A stretch of DNA of 64,000 nucleotides from Candidatus Iainarchaeum sp. (GCA_017610175.1 JAFCCO010000004.1:1-64000); one strand, 5' to 3'; shown: positions 1-9,267, counted from the stretch's first letter. Notes: a model not told the origin generated them from the letters alone. Program-made: numbers and translations.

Positions 1-45
1 AAGCAGGAATAATGCCGTTGCAAACAATGCCCTTGTGAAACCCAA
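1..45 (-). CDS. 5' end of a gene running off the window, signal-peptide-like start (MGFTRALFATALFLL...)
   Basis: TTG at 45 on minus strand preceded by GGTGAGG RBS; hydrophobic open frame to window edge. Confidence 0.45.
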   Translation of the reverse strand, partial: MGFTRALFATALFLL

Positions 46-232
46 TACCTCACCCTAACTAATCAGCATAAATATCAAATGCATTCTACTATAAAAGGCT
101 TGTTTTTTGCTGGTTTAATTCCTTGAAAATCCCAAAAAAAAGTTGTTTTTGCATTTTTTTATTTGAATTCCACGCAATAAATATAAATAAGGGTAATATA
201 TTCTATTTGATACCGTTGAATTGGTATTGGTA

Positions 233-1480
233 ATGACCATGCTTGAAATTGACTTGATTATCCTGGCAGTGCTGCTGGCTTTGAGTGCCTTTTTTTCAGG
301 GGTCGAGACAGCCCTTGTTTCAATAGACAGGGTTAAGGCAAGGCAGATTTCCAAGAAGGGAACCAAGGCGGCAAAGCTGATTGAGGAATTCCAGCAGAAC
401 CCGCACAACATGCTTAGCGCAATACTGATTGGAAACAATTTGGTTAACACAGGCTCTGCCGCATACGCAACAGGGCTTGCACTTACCCTCTTTGGAAGCA
501 GTGGAATAGGAATTGCCGTCGGAATAATGACTTTCCTAATCCTTGTGTTCGGGGAAATAACCCCGAAAAGCATTGCGGTGCAGAACGCGGAAAAGATTTC
601 ACTAATTGTGATAAGGCCGATTAATCTTCTTGCAAAGATTCTTAGCCCGCTCATTTGGCTGCTTGGAGGGGTGAGAAAAATAATTATGCGCGCAATCGGG
701 GCGCCCGAACCGGAACCCTTAACCGAGCAGGACGTTAAGACAATGGTTGCAATGGGCGCAGAGGTTGGAGCAATCGACAAGGAAGAAAGGGAAATGATTC
801 AGAGAATTTTCCAGTTCAACGACATAGAGGTCGAAGAGGTCATGACCCCAAGGGTTGAAATGAGGGCACTGCCTGCTTCAACAAAGCTCAAGGACTTAAA
901 GGACTTCCTTGCGGAAACCCCGCACTCAAGAATTCCTGTTTACAGGGGAAAGCTTGACAACATCGAGGGAATCTTTTACATTAAGGACGCGTGGGATTAC
1001 GTTGAAAGCGGAAAAATGGGCACAAAACTTGAAAAAATGATTAGGCCCGCCCTATTTGTCCCAAAGACAAAAAAGATTGACAAGCTTTTGTCGGAATTCC
1101 AGCGGGAACACATCCACATGGCAATTGTTGTTGGGGACTACGGTGGAGTTATAGGGCTTGTAACAATGGAGGATCTGCTGGAGGAGATTGTGGGGGAAAT
1201 TGTTGACGAGTCGGACATTGTCTACGGAATAAAAAAAACCGGCAAAAACGCGTTTGAGGCAAACGGAAGAATCTCCCTGGACGAGGTAAACAAGTTCTTT
1301 GCAAGCAAACTTGAAAGCGAGGAATACGATACGCTTAACGGGTTTATCATTGAAAAGCTTGACCGGGTCCCCGAGCAAAACGAGGAACTCAAAATTGGAA
1401 AGCTTACGCTGATTGCAAAGAAAGTGAAGGCTCCAACAATTCACACAGTGAAAATAATTAAAAACGAGCCCAAAAAATAA
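233..1480 (+). CDS. CNNM/DUF21-CBS-CorC hemolysin-family (Mg/Co transporter-like) protein
   Basis: SAFFSGVETA, FGEITPK, VMTPR, HSRIPVY, VTMEDLLEEIVGEI motifs; ATG 233 or 239. Confidence 0.92.
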   Translation: MTMLEIDLIILAVLLALSAFFSGVETALVSIDRVKARQISKKGTKAAKLIEEFQQNPHNMLSAILIGNNLVNTGSAAYATGLALTLFGSSGIGIAVGIMTFLILVFGEITPKSIAVQNAEKISLIVIRPINLLAKILSPLIWLLGGVRKIIMRAIGAPEPEPLTEQDVKTMVAMGAEVGAIDKEEREMIQRIFQFNDIEVEEVMTPRVEMRALPASTKLKDLKDFLAETPHSRIPVYRGKLDNIEGIFYIKDAWDYVESGKMGTKLEKMIRPALFVPKTKKIDKLLSEFQREHIHMAIVVGDYGGVIGLVTMEDLLEEIVGEIVDESDIVYGIKKTGKNAFEANGRISLDEVNKFFASKLESEEYDTLNGFIIEKLDRVPEQNEELKIGKLTLIAKKVKAPTIHTVKIIKNEPKK

Positions 1481-1510
1481 AAAAACCTAATTTTGCGCCA
1501 AAAAGAAAGG

Positions 1511-1539
1511 TTTAAATATAGTTATGAACATATGTTCAT
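1511..1539 (+). promoter_or_regulatory. TATA box (1511-1518) plus perfect 16-bp palindromic operator ATGAACATATGTTCAT (1524-1539)
   Basis: Perfect palindrome between TATA and the DUF134 start codon; related copies at 9716 and 16002. Confidence 0.75.
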
Positions 1540-1542
1540 TAC

Positions 1543-1836
1543 ATGGTTAGGCCAAAAAAATGCAGGTTTGTTGGAACAGAACCGGAAGCTGATTACTTTA
1601 AGCCAAGGGCTGTTCCGCTAAGCGAACTCGAAGAGGTTTGCCTCACAGTGGAGGAAATTGAGGCCTTCAAGCTCAAATTTTTGGACAAGCTTGAGCAGGG
1701 GCAGGCTGCAAAAAAAATGAGGGTGAGCAGAACCACTTTTTGGAGAATACTTAACCTTGCCGGGAAAAAAATTGCAGACGCACTAATAAGTGGTAAGGCA
1801 ATTAAAATAACCGGGGGAAACTACAAATTAAGGTGA
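1543..1836 (+). CDS. DUF134 (UPF0251) predicted DNA-binding protein
   Basis: MVRPKKCR..YFKP..EEIEA..AAKKMRVSRTTFWRIL..KIADAL..GKAIKI signature. Confidence 0.9.
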   Translation: MVRPKKCRFVGTEPEADYFKPRAVPLSELEEVCLTVEEIEAFKLKFLDKLEQGQAAKKMRVSRTTFWRILNLAGKKIADALISGKAIKITGGNYKLR

Positions 1837-1842
1837 TAAAAA

Positions 1843-2001
1843 ATGCCTTTTGGGAAAGGAAGAATGAGCGGATTTGGATTAGGCCCAGGAGGCAACTGCG
1901 TTTGCCCTTCATGCGGAGCAACGGCAACACACCAAAGAGGAATACCTTGCCTCCAGCAAAAGTGTCCGAAGTGCGGAAGCCAAATGACCAGGCAAATGTG
2001 A
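1843..2001 (+). CDS. 52-aa Gly-rich double CxxC (zinc-ribbon/rubredoxin-like) small protein, absent from the ORF track
   Basis: AGGTGA RBS; MPFGKGRMSGFGLGPGGNCVCPSCGATATHQRGIPCLQQKCPKCGSQMTRQM; fills the gap between operon genes. Confidence 0.85.
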   Translation: MPFGKGRMSGFGLGPGGNCVCPSCGATATHQRGIPCLQQKCPKCGSQMTRQM

Positions 2002-2008
2002 TTTTGAA

Positions 2009-3193
2009 ATGAACGAGCTGGAAAAAGCCGCCGCAGTTTCCGTCGCCGGAAACGCAATTGTTTCAGTACTGAAATTTACAGCAGGCATAACCTTTGGATC
2101 GGTTGCACTGGTTGCCGACGCAATACACTCTTTTACAGACATAATCGGAAGCATTGCAGTCTTCTTCGGGGTCAGATTTGCGGACATTAAGTCGGAAAAA
2201 TTCCCCTACGGGCTCTACAAGCTTGAAAACTTTGTAAGCCTTTTTATTGCATTGATTATTTTTTGGAGCGGGATAGAAATTGCCCTTGAGTCCTGGGGAA
2301 GAATTTCTTCGGCAAGCCAAATAATCGGTTTCGAGGCAATTACTGTTGCATTAGTTTCGCTTGCAATCGTCTACGCCCTGGCAAAGTACAAGGAAAAAAT
2401 TGGCAGAAAAGAGCATAGCCCAAGCATGATTTCAGAGGCAAAACACAGCATGCTGGACGCATACGGAAGCGTTGGCGTTGTATTGGCTTTGGGCCTTTCC
2501 ATGGCCGGCTTTCCAATATTTGACCCTTTGATTGGACTTGTTATAGCCGTGCTTGTTTTCAAGGCAGGGTTTGAAATTTTTATGGACTCGGCAAAGGTTT
2601 TGCTGGACATAAGCCTTGACTACAAAACAATGAAGAAAATTGAAAGGATTGCGGCACAGCAGAAAGGCATTAAGGTAAAGGAGCTTACTGCAAGAAATTC
2701 CGGAAGATACATATTTGTTGACCTTGCGCTTGAAACAAACATCAGGGAATTGAAAAAAGTCGACCAAGTGCGCAGGCAATGCGAGGAAAAAATAAGGAAG
2801 GGAATCCCAAGAATTGACAAGATAATGATTGACGTGGAGTACAAAAAGAAGGATTTGCTTGTTTACGCAGCCGCGCTTGAAAAAAACAGCACCAAAAGCC
2901 CTATTGCAATGGAATTTGGAACCGCGAAATTTTTTGGCCTCGCACATGTTTCAAACAAGCCGGGAGAAAAGAGGCTTGTGAAAACAGAAATTATTGAAAA
3001 CCCCCATTGGAAAAGCAAGGAAAAGAAAGGCATTCTTGCCGCACAGCTTTTGGTAAAAAACGGCGTTGACGTGCTTTTTGCAAGGGAAGAAATGCACAAG
3101 GGCGGGGCATACTATGCACTGCATGAAAGCCTTGTTGAAATGCGAAAAACCAACAAAAAAACGTTTGAAAGGCTGCTGGAGGAATTCAGATGA
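2009..3193 (+). CDS. Cation diffusion facilitator (CDF) transporter fused to a C-terminal NifB/NifX-like domain
   Basis: ADAIHSFTD, FPYGLYKLE, EAKHSMLD CDF motifs; C-terminal FGTAKFF..IENP..GILAA NifX-like segment. Confidence 0.88.
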   Translation: MNELEKAAAVSVAGNAIVSVLKFTAGITFGSVALVADAIHSFTDIIGSIAVFFGVRFADIKSEKFPYGLYKLENFVSLFIALIIFWSGIEIALESWGRISSASQIIGFEAITVALVSLAIVYALAKYKEKIGRKEHSPSMISEAKHSMLDAYGSVGVVLALGLSMAGFPIFDPLIGLVIAVLVFKAGFEIFMDSAKVLLDISLDYKTMKKIERIAAQQKGIKVKELTARNSGRYIFVDLALETNIRELKKVDQVRRQCEEKIRKGIPRIDKIMIDVEYKKKDLLVYAAALEKNSTKSPIAMEFGTAKFFGLAHVSNKPGEKRLVKTEIIENPHWKSKEKKGILAAQLLVKNGVDVLFAREEMHKGGAYYALHESLVEMRKTNKKTFERLLEEFR

Positions 3194-3453
3194 TTGAAAG
3201 GGAAGCATTCAACCTCATTGGGTTTGCGGTCCTGGCCTTTTCAATAGTGTTTGCCTTCACCCGAACGATTGAAAAATGCTCTTACAGGCGTTACATCGTG
3301 CCAGCAATGCTTTTGGCTGTGGCAGCAATACTTTGGGAGGAAACCATTGCGGCATTAATGGTTGGAATTTCGTCTGTTTTGATTTACTACGGATACAAAG
3401 GTTATGGAATTGAAGCAAAAAAAAAGGAAAGCAAAAAGGAGGAATCTGAATGA
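3190..3453 (+). CDS. Small membrane protein (3 hydrophobic segments)
   Basis: 4-nt overlaps with both neighbours; hydrophobic. Confidence 0.65.
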   Translation: MIEREAFNLIGFAVLAFSIVFAFTRTIEKCSYRRYIVPAMLLAVAAILWEETIAALMVGISSVLIYYGYKGYGIEAKKKESKKEESE

Positions 3454-3902
3454 ATGTAGCGGTTAGCGCAGTTTCAAATGACATAAAACAGCAGGTGAAC
3501 CCTGTTTTTGGCAGGTGCCCAGGCTATGTGATAGCAAAAATTGAGGGAAAGGAATTAAAGGAAACAAAGTTTGTGAAGAACCCTGGGGCAGAAACAGGGA
3601 TGGGAGCAGGCATTGCCGCAGCACAGGCGGTTGCAGGCCACTCGGTTCAGGCGGTGATTACAGGAAACGTCGGGCCAAACGCATTTGCGGTTTTGCAGCA
3701 GGCAGGCATAAAAATTTATCTGACAACAGGAAGCTCTGTTGAACAGGCTTTGCAGCAGCTTGCCGAAGGAAAACTCAGCGAAATGCCGAACTCAAACGTG
3801 CCAGGCCACTTTGGAATTGGCAAAGGAGCCGGATTCGGCGGTGGCAGAGGAATGGGCCAAGGGCCTGGAGCCGGCAGAAGAAGAGGCAAATTAGTGCAAT
3901 AA
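3450..3902 (+). CDS. NifB/NifX-family FeMo-cofactor-binding-like protein with GRG-rich tail
   Basis: FGRCP, NP..GAGIAAAQ, GNVGPNAF motifs. Confidence 0.9.
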   Translation: MNVAVSAVSNDIKQQVNPVFGRCPGYVIAKIEGKELKETKFVKNPGAETGMGAGIAAAQAVAGHSVQAVITGNVGPNAFAVLQQAGIKIYLTTGSSVEQALQQLAEGKLSEMPNSNVPGHFGIGKGAGFGGGRGMGQGPGAGRRRGKLVQ

Positions 3903-3920
3903 AAACGGAGGTTTTTTTAA

Positions 3921-4268
3921 ATGGATGACGCAAAAGAGCTGTTGAATGAAACCAATCAAAGCCTTGCAAAGCTTGGCAGAGACTACCCAAAAGTAATGAA
4001 GACATTTTCTTCGTTTATGGGCGCCGTAGAGGACCCCGGAGCTTTGGGCACAAAAACCAAGGAGCTAATTGCAATTTCACTAAGTGTCGCAACAAGGTGC
4101 AAGTGGTGCATTGCGTTTCACGTAAAAAACGCTTTGGACGCAGGCGCATCAAAAGAGGAGATTATGGAATCCTGCTTTGTTGCCGCCTTGATGGCGGGTG
4201 GGCCTGCCTTAATGTACACCCAGCTTGTGGTAAAGGCAATAGAGGAATTTGAGGGGGGAAAAAAATGA
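3921..4268 (+). CDS. Carboxymuconolactone decarboxylase / AhpD-family protein
   Basis: KTKELIAI..RCKWCIAFH..GASKEEI..MAGGPA. Confidence 0.9.
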   Translation: MDDAKELLNETNQSLAKLGRDYPKVMKTFSSFMGAVEDPGALGTKTKELIAISLSVATRCKWCIAFHVKNALDAGASKEEIMESCFVAALMAGGPALMYTQLVVKAIEEFEGGKK

Positions 4269-4642
4269 AGGTGGCAATTTCAACCGATTCAGGAAATGTG
4301 GCAGAGCACTTTGGCAGGTGCCCGCAGTTCACAATTGCTGAAATCAAAAATGGAAAAGTGATTAAAAAAGAGGTAATTGACAACCCAGGGCATGCAACAG
4401 GATTTCTTCCAAAGTTCTTCAATGAACAGGGGGTTGAAATTGTGATTGCAGGAGGGGCAGGATTCAGGGCACAGGGCTTTTTCCAAGAGTTTGGAATAAG
4501 GCTTTTGGTCGGGGTTTCCGGCCCGGTGGACCTTGCCCTAAAGCAGCTTGCAGAGGGCAGCCTTAAATCAGGAGAAGGCAGCTGCAGCCCAGGAGCCGGA
4601 AAAGGATACGGGATTCCAAAAGAGGACGGACACGGTGAGTAA
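4265..4642 (+). CDS. NifB/NifX-family protein
   Basis: HFGRCP, NPGH..GFLP, IAGGAG. Confidence 0.9.
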   Translation: MKVAISTDSGNVAEHFGRCPQFTIAEIKNGKVIKKEVIDNPGHATGFLPKFFNEQGVEIVIAGGAGFRAQGFFQEFGIRLLVGVSGPVDLALKQLAEGSLKSGEGSCSPGAGKGYGIPKEDGHGE

Positions 4643-5204
4643 ATTCAAACCAATAACTTTGCTCTGCTTTCTGCTTTTGTGCTCAAGCGGTTGCTTGGAG
4701 AAAAAAGAACTTGGACTGGCGCAGGGCAAAGACAGCGAAGTGCTTTTGCCAGCAGGAAAAGAAACAGTCCGGGACAACAATTACCCTGTAAAAAACGAAA
4801 ATAAGGAAACGGATGAAAGCAAAGAACCAGCCAACGAAAGCAATGAAGTGGAAAACGAAAAACAGGAAGTGGAAAAAGATGCTGGTGAAAACAAAAAAGC
4901 CTGCTGCCTGTATTTTGTGCACAATAACAGGGGCAACCCCTGCTTGGCTGAAAAAGAGTTTTTAAATGAAATGAAGCAAGAACACAGCCTGGAAGTAAGG
5001 GAAATTTTAACCACTTCAAGCGAAGGCTTTGAGCTTGCCCAGCACATTGCAGGCGAATATGGGGTTAAGATTTACTCTGTCCCATGGACTTTTGTCTGCG
5101 AAAACAGCTTTCTCGGCTTTGGGGAAAGCACCAAAGCGGAACTGGAGAAAGCAATTGAAGACTGCAAATGCGAATGCATTGAAACAGGAGGGGAAACGGA
5201 TTGA
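4635..5204 (+). CDS. Lipoprotein with a thioredoxin/glutaredoxin-like domain
   Basis: GTG start; lipobox-like SSGC; acidic linker; YF..GNPC..EKEFL..SVPWTF..FLGF resembles the Trx domain of 17844..18989. Confidence 0.7.
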   Translation: MSKFKPITLLCFLLLCSSGCLEKKELGLAQGKDSEVLLPAGKETVRDNNYPVKNENKETDESKEPANESNEVENEKQEVEKDAGENKKACCLYFVHNNRGNPCLAEKEFLNEMKQEHSLEVREILTTSSEGFELAQHIAGEYGVKIYSVPWTFVCENSFLGFGESTKAELEKAIEDCKCECIETGGETD

Positions 5205-5851
5205 AACTCAAAATTTTGGTTGACAACCAGGCACTGCCTGGCTTTAAAGCAGAGTGGGGCTTCAGCTGCCTTGTTGAGGCAACCGAAAAAGTGCTGTTTG
5301 ACACAGGCACAAGCTGTGATGCAATTGCATTCAATGCAAAAAAGCTTGGGGTTGAACCTGAAAGCATTGAAAAGCTTGTTTTGTCACACGACCACTTTGA
5401 CCACACAGGAGGTCTTGACTGGGTTCTGCAAAACCCAAATGTTAAGGTTTTTGCTTTGGACTCTTTTTCAAATGAAACAAAGCAAAAAATAAGGGAAAAA
5501 GCCGTTTTGGTGGAAGTAAACAAGCCAGTTAAAATAAGCAAGGGCATTTTTTCCACAGGAAAGCTAAGCAACTCCATTGACGAACAGTCCCTTGCACTGG
5601 AAACAGGGAAGGGAGTGGTCGTATTAACAGGTTGCTCGCACCCGGGCCTTGAAAAAATTTTGGAGAAAGCCAGTGAACACGGGGCGGTAAAAGCGGTTGT
5701 GGGTGGCTTTCACGGTTTTAACAAATTCGACGCACTGAAGGGAATTGATTTTGTTGCCGCAACACACTGCACAGAACACAAGGGACAGATAAAAAAGTTG
5801 TTTCCAAACCAGTTCAGGGAATGCGCTGCCGGAGCGGAATTAAATTTTTAG
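5201..5851 (+). CDS. MBL-fold metallo-hydrolase (COG1237-like)
   Basis: AEWGFS, LFDTG, SHDHFDHTGG, GCSHPG, GGFH, HCT. Confidence 0.9.
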   Translation: MKLKILVDNQALPGFKAEWGFSCLVEATEKVLFDTGTSCDAIAFNAKKLGVEPESIEKLVLSHDHFDHTGGLDWVLQNPNVKVFALDSFSNETKQKIREKAVLVEVNKPVKISKGIFSTGKLSNSIDEQSLALETGKGVVVLTGCSHPGLEKILEKASEHGAVKAVVGGFHGFNKFDALKGIDFVAATHCTEHKGQIKKLFPNQFRECAAGAELNF

Positions 5852-5998
5852 ACAACGCTCCTCTTTTGAAAAAATTGGCTGGGCGAGAAAAAAAAGGCAG
5901 GACCAAGGTAAAAAAAAAAGGCGAAAGCAAACCCTTTGGGCTGGCAACTGTGCTGTTAACTATATTATTGTTTTAATTGCGAACGAGGGTGAGATATT

Positions 5999-6757
5999 AT
6001 GAAAACAGTGTATGGACCGGTTCCAAGCTGGAGACTGGGAAAAAGCCTGGGGGTGGACCCTGTTTGCGAAAGGGCTTGTTCCTTTGACTGTGTCTACTGT
6101 CAGGTTGGAAAAACCGAAACTCTCACGGCAGAGCAAAGAAAATTTGTCGAAGCCGAAGACGTTGAAAGGGATTTGAAGGAAGCGCTTGCAAAAGGGAATG
6201 CAGATATAATAACATTCAGCGGAATGGGCGAACCAACCCTTGCAAGCAACATAGGAGAATTGATTGACGTTGCCAGAAAATTGAGCACTTTACCGACTGC
6301 AATCCTTACAAACTCAACACTGTTATCCAGGCCAACTGTCGCAGATGGGTTGAAAAAGCTTGATTTGGTTTCGGCAAAACTGGATGCTTCCAGTGAGAAC
6401 CAGTTTCAAAAAATAAACAAGGCTGTTCAAGGAATCAATTTTGAGGAAACGGTTAAGGCAATTAAAAAATTCAGAACCAAATTTAGCGGAAAGCTTGCAC
6501 TGCAAATGATGTTTTTAAAGGAAAACGAAGGCAGCGCAGGCGAGATGGCTGCGCTTGCAAAAGAAATAAACCCGTTTGAAGTGCAGTTAAACACTCCACT
6601 GAGGAAATGCGGGGTGAAACCCATTTCTGCGGAAAAAATGGAGCTTGTTAAAAGGGAATTCAGCGAACTCAACGCCGTTTCAGTTTACGAGGCAAAAAAA
6701 CCAAACGTAAACATTTTGAATTTGGGGGAAACCCTGCGAAGAAGGCCAAGCGAGTAA
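5999..6757 (+). CDS. Radical SAM protein (COG0731-like)
   Basis: YGPVPSWRLGKSLGVD, CSFDCVYC, GMGEPT. Confidence 0.9.
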   Translation: MKTVYGPVPSWRLGKSLGVDPVCERACSFDCVYCQVGKTETLTAEQRKFVEAEDVERDLKEALAKGNADIITFSGMGEPTLASNIGELIDVARKLSTLPTAILTNSTLLSRPTVADGLKKLDLVSAKLDASSENQFQKINKAVQGINFEETVKAIKKFRTKFSGKLALQMMFLKENEGSAGEMAALAKEINPFEVQLNTPLRKCGVKPISAEKMELVKREFSELNAVSVYEAKKPNVNILNLGETLRRRPSE

Positions 6758-6875
6758 ACCAAAACGGCAAAATTAACAAAAATTTGGAAGGCTAACTGTT
6801 TTTTTGGGATTGTTTAAATAGAATTTCGGTGTTTGTTTTCATTAAACTAACCGGTTTTAGGAGAGGAGGGGTTTT

Positions 6876-8219
6876 ATGAAAACAGATGTTTTAATTGTTG
6901 GAGGCGGACCGGCGGGCGTTGTTGCCGCTTTAACCGTTAAAAAAAGTTACCCGGAAAAAAAAGTTGTTCTCGTTAAAAAAGAGGAAAAAGTCCTCATTCC
7001 CTGCGGAATCCCATACATTTTTGGCACACTTCCCAGTGTTGAAAGTGATTTAATGCCAAACACCCCCCTTGAAAAAAACGGGGTAGAGCTTGTCTTTGAC
7101 TGCGCTGAAAAAATTGATACAAAAAACAAAACGATTTTGACCTCGGCAAAAAAAGAAATTGAATTTGACCGGCTTGTCCTTGCAACCGGTTCGCAAACCG
7201 CAAAGCCGCCAATTAAGGGCGTTGGGCTGAAAAACGTGTTCTTTGTTGAAAAAAACATGCAGAACATTGAGAAATTGAAACATGCGCTAGATACAGCCCA
7301 AAATATTGTGATAATCGGAGGCGGGTTCATTGGGGTTGAAATTGCGGACGAACTGCGCAAAAAGGAAAAAAATGTAAGCATTGTTGAAGCCGCGCCCTGT
7401 CTGCTGCAGCAGGCGTTTGACGAAGAATTCTGCAAAGCGGCTGAACAGCGTTTGGAAAACGCTGGAATAAAGTTTTACACAAATGCGCTGGCTGAAGAGC
7501 TGACAGGGAATGAAACTGTCGAGGGCGTAAAAATTTCGGGCAAGAAATCCCAAACACTCAAGGCAGAACTGGTGCTTATTTGCGTTGGGACAAAACCAAA
7601 TTCATTGCTAGCGGAAAAAGCCGGGCTGGTTATTGGAAAGTCGGGAGGCATTGTTGTTGACGAGTACATGCAAACAAGCGAAAAGGGCATTTTTGCAGTG
7701 GGGGACTGTGCCGAAAAGAAAAGCTTTTTTACAAGGCAGGTTTCAAATGTGATGCTGGCTTCAACTGCGGCATCTGAGGCAAGAATCGCCGGAAATAACC
7801 TTTTCAGCTTCAGGGTAATACGGCAAAACAAGGGCACAATCGCAATCTTTTCAACGTTTGTTTCAGGCCTTGGCTTGGGGGCCGCCGGACTAATCGAATC
7901 CGAAACAAAAAAACAGTGCTTTGAGTATGTTGTGGGCGAAGCACAGGCAAAAGACATGCACCCCGGCTGCCTGCCAAACTCAAGTGACCTGCATGTAAAA
8001 ATGCTGTTTTCAAAAGACAGCGGTGTTTTGCTTGGGTGCCAGGCAATGGGCGGAAAAAATGTTGGCGAACTGATTAATCTTGCAGGGTTCGCAATTCAAA
8101 GCAATGCAACTGTTTCGGAAATCAGCACTCTGCAAATTGGAACGCACCCGCTGCTTACCGCAGCCCCGACAAACCACCCTTTTGTGCTTGCGGCGGAAGC
8201 CGCAATGGCAAAACTGTAA
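6876..8219 (+). CDS. FAD-dependent pyridine nucleotide-disulfide oxidoreductase (NADH oxidase/CoA-disulfide reductase family)
   Basis: GGGPAG, PCGIPY redox Cys, ATGS, GGGFIGVE, AVGDC. Confidence 0.9.
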   Translation: MKTDVLIVGGGPAGVVAALTVKKSYPEKKVVLVKKEEKVLIPCGIPYIFGTLPSVESDLMPNTPLEKNGVELVFDCAEKIDTKNKTILTSAKKEIEFDRLVLATGSQTAKPPIKGVGLKNVFFVEKNMQNIEKLKHALDTAQNIVIIGGGFIGVEIADELRKKEKNVSIVEAAPCLLQQAFDEEFCKAAEQRLENAGIKFYTNALAEELTGNETVEGVKISGKKSQTLKAELVLICVGTKPNSLLAEKAGLVIGKSGGIVVDEYMQTSEKGIFAVGDCAEKKSFFTRQVSNVMLASTAASEARIAGNNLFSFRVIRQNKGTIAIFSTFVSGLGLGAAGLIESETKKQCFEYVVGEAQAKDMHPGCLPNSSDLHVKMLFSKDSGVLLGCQAMGGKNVGELINLAGFAIQSNATVSEISTLQIGTHPLLTAAPTNHPFVLAAEAAMAKL

Positions 8220-8236
8220 CCCTTCACCGGTAACCA

Positions 8237-8725
8237 ATGGGCAAAATTGAAATGAAAGACATTAAGAAAAAATCCGCAGCAAGTGGGGGAGTGAATCCGT
8301 GCCAGAAAGGCGCATATCTTTTGCTTGTCAAAATTTCAAAAGACACCAAAATTGAAATTGGGGCACTGAGCAAACTTTTTTTTGAAAAAGGGACATATGT
8401 TTATGTCGGCAGTGCAATGAACGGCATTGAAAAAAGGGTTAAACGCCATTTTGGAAAACGCAAAAAAATATTTTGGCACATTGACTACCTACTTTCCGCG
8501 CCAGGGGTAAAATTGGGCGCTGCGCTTGCAAAACCCTCCAAATTAAGGGAAGAATGCAAAATAGCAAACAAAATTGCATTGGAAGGCATTCCTGTACTTG
8601 GCTTTGGCTGCAGCGACTGCAATTGCAACAGCCATTTGTTTAAAGTGGACGGAACAAGCGCTGTGACCAACTTAAAGGGGTTCAGAAAAGTAAAGTTCCA
8701 CAGGAAAAAACAAATAAGCAAATAA
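8237..8725 (+). CDS. GIY-YIG (Uri superfamily, DUF123) nuclease
   Basis: KGAY, YVYVGSA, RVKRH, WHIDYL, GFGCSDCNCNSHL. Confidence 0.88.
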   Translation: MGKIEMKDIKKKSAASGGVNPCQKGAYLLLVKISKDTKIEIGALSKLFFEKGTYVYVGSAMNGIEKRVKRHFGKRKKIFWHIDYLLSAPGVKLGAALAKPSKLREECKIANKIALEGIPVLGFGCSDCNCNSHLFKVDGTSAVTNLKGFRKVKFHRKKQISK

Positions 8726-8727
8726 AC

Positions 8728-8748
8728 ATATAAACAAACATTTATATA
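8728..8748 (+). promoter_or_regulatory. Inverted repeat ATATAAA-N6-TTTATAT overlapping the TATA box of the ArsR gene
   Basis: 7-6-7 inverted repeat at 8728-8747, directly upstream of an ArsR-family gene. Confidence 0.55.
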
Positions 8749-8773
8749 CTTCTTTGTGCCCAATATTAATGCA

Positions 8774-9151
8774 ATGATTACCCCAAAAGATTCCCAAGCA
8801 GCAATGATTTTTGCAAGGGCCTTCGGGACGCTTTCAGACCCAAACAGGCTTTTGATACTGAAGGCGCTTGGAAGCGAGGAAAAGCCGGTTAACAGAATTG
8901 CGATTGATTTGGGCCTTTCGCAACCGCTTGTTTCACACCATCTTGCGGCGCTAAAGGCAGGCGGACTGGTAAAGGCAAAAAAGGCCGGCAGTTTTGTTTT
9001 TTACAGTGTTTCAACAGAAAAAATTGCCGCATTGGTTAACAATCTGGAGGACGCTTTAGAGGACATTTCAAAGAACATTGAATTAACCACCTTCCCACAG
9101 CCAGTGCCAAGATTTATGGGGCGCGGCAGAAGGGGAAGAAGGTGGATGTAA
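8774..9151 (+). CDS. ArsR/SmtB-family transcriptional regulator
   Basis: LSDPNRLLIL, LSQPLVSHHL..L...GLV..FVFY; start 8774 (ATG) or 8756 (GTG). Confidence 0.9.
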   Translation: MITPKDSQAAMIFARAFGTLSDPNRLLILKALGSEEKPVNRIAIDLGLSQPLVSHHLAALKAGGLVKAKKAGSFVFYSVSTEKIAALVNNLEDALEDISKNIELTTFPQPVPRFMGRGRRGRRWM

Positions 9152-9171
9152 AAAAAAAGGAGGTGCGAGCA

Positions 9172-9261
9172 ATGGCTTGCCCAGGAGATAAAATAAGAAG
9201 TAAAGGAAAAGGAAGAGGCCTTGGAATTGGAAAAAGAAAAGGCCCGATTGGAAGGAGGTGA
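9172..9261 (+). CDS. 29-aa basic Gly-rich micro-protein MACPGDKIRSKGKGRGLGIGKRKGPIGRR
   Basis: Strong GGAGGTG RBS at 9159-9165; its stop overlaps the RBS of the next gene. Confidence 0.6.
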   Translation: MACPGDKIRSKGKGRGLGIGKRKGPIGRR

Positions 9262-9267
9262 AATAAC

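Noticed and set aside
2009-4642. Nitrogen fixation suggested by NifX-like domains and the NifV-like gene at 60168
   Set aside because: No nifHDK/ENB in the window; both families are widespread outside diazotrophs
5852-5998. Possible gene remnant (KKGESKPFGLATVLLTILLF*) among A-runs
   Set aside because: No clear start or RBS and too short to support
8237-8725. Homing endonuclease or intron
   Set aside because: DUF123-type stand-alone GIY-YIG; flanking genes are uninterrupted
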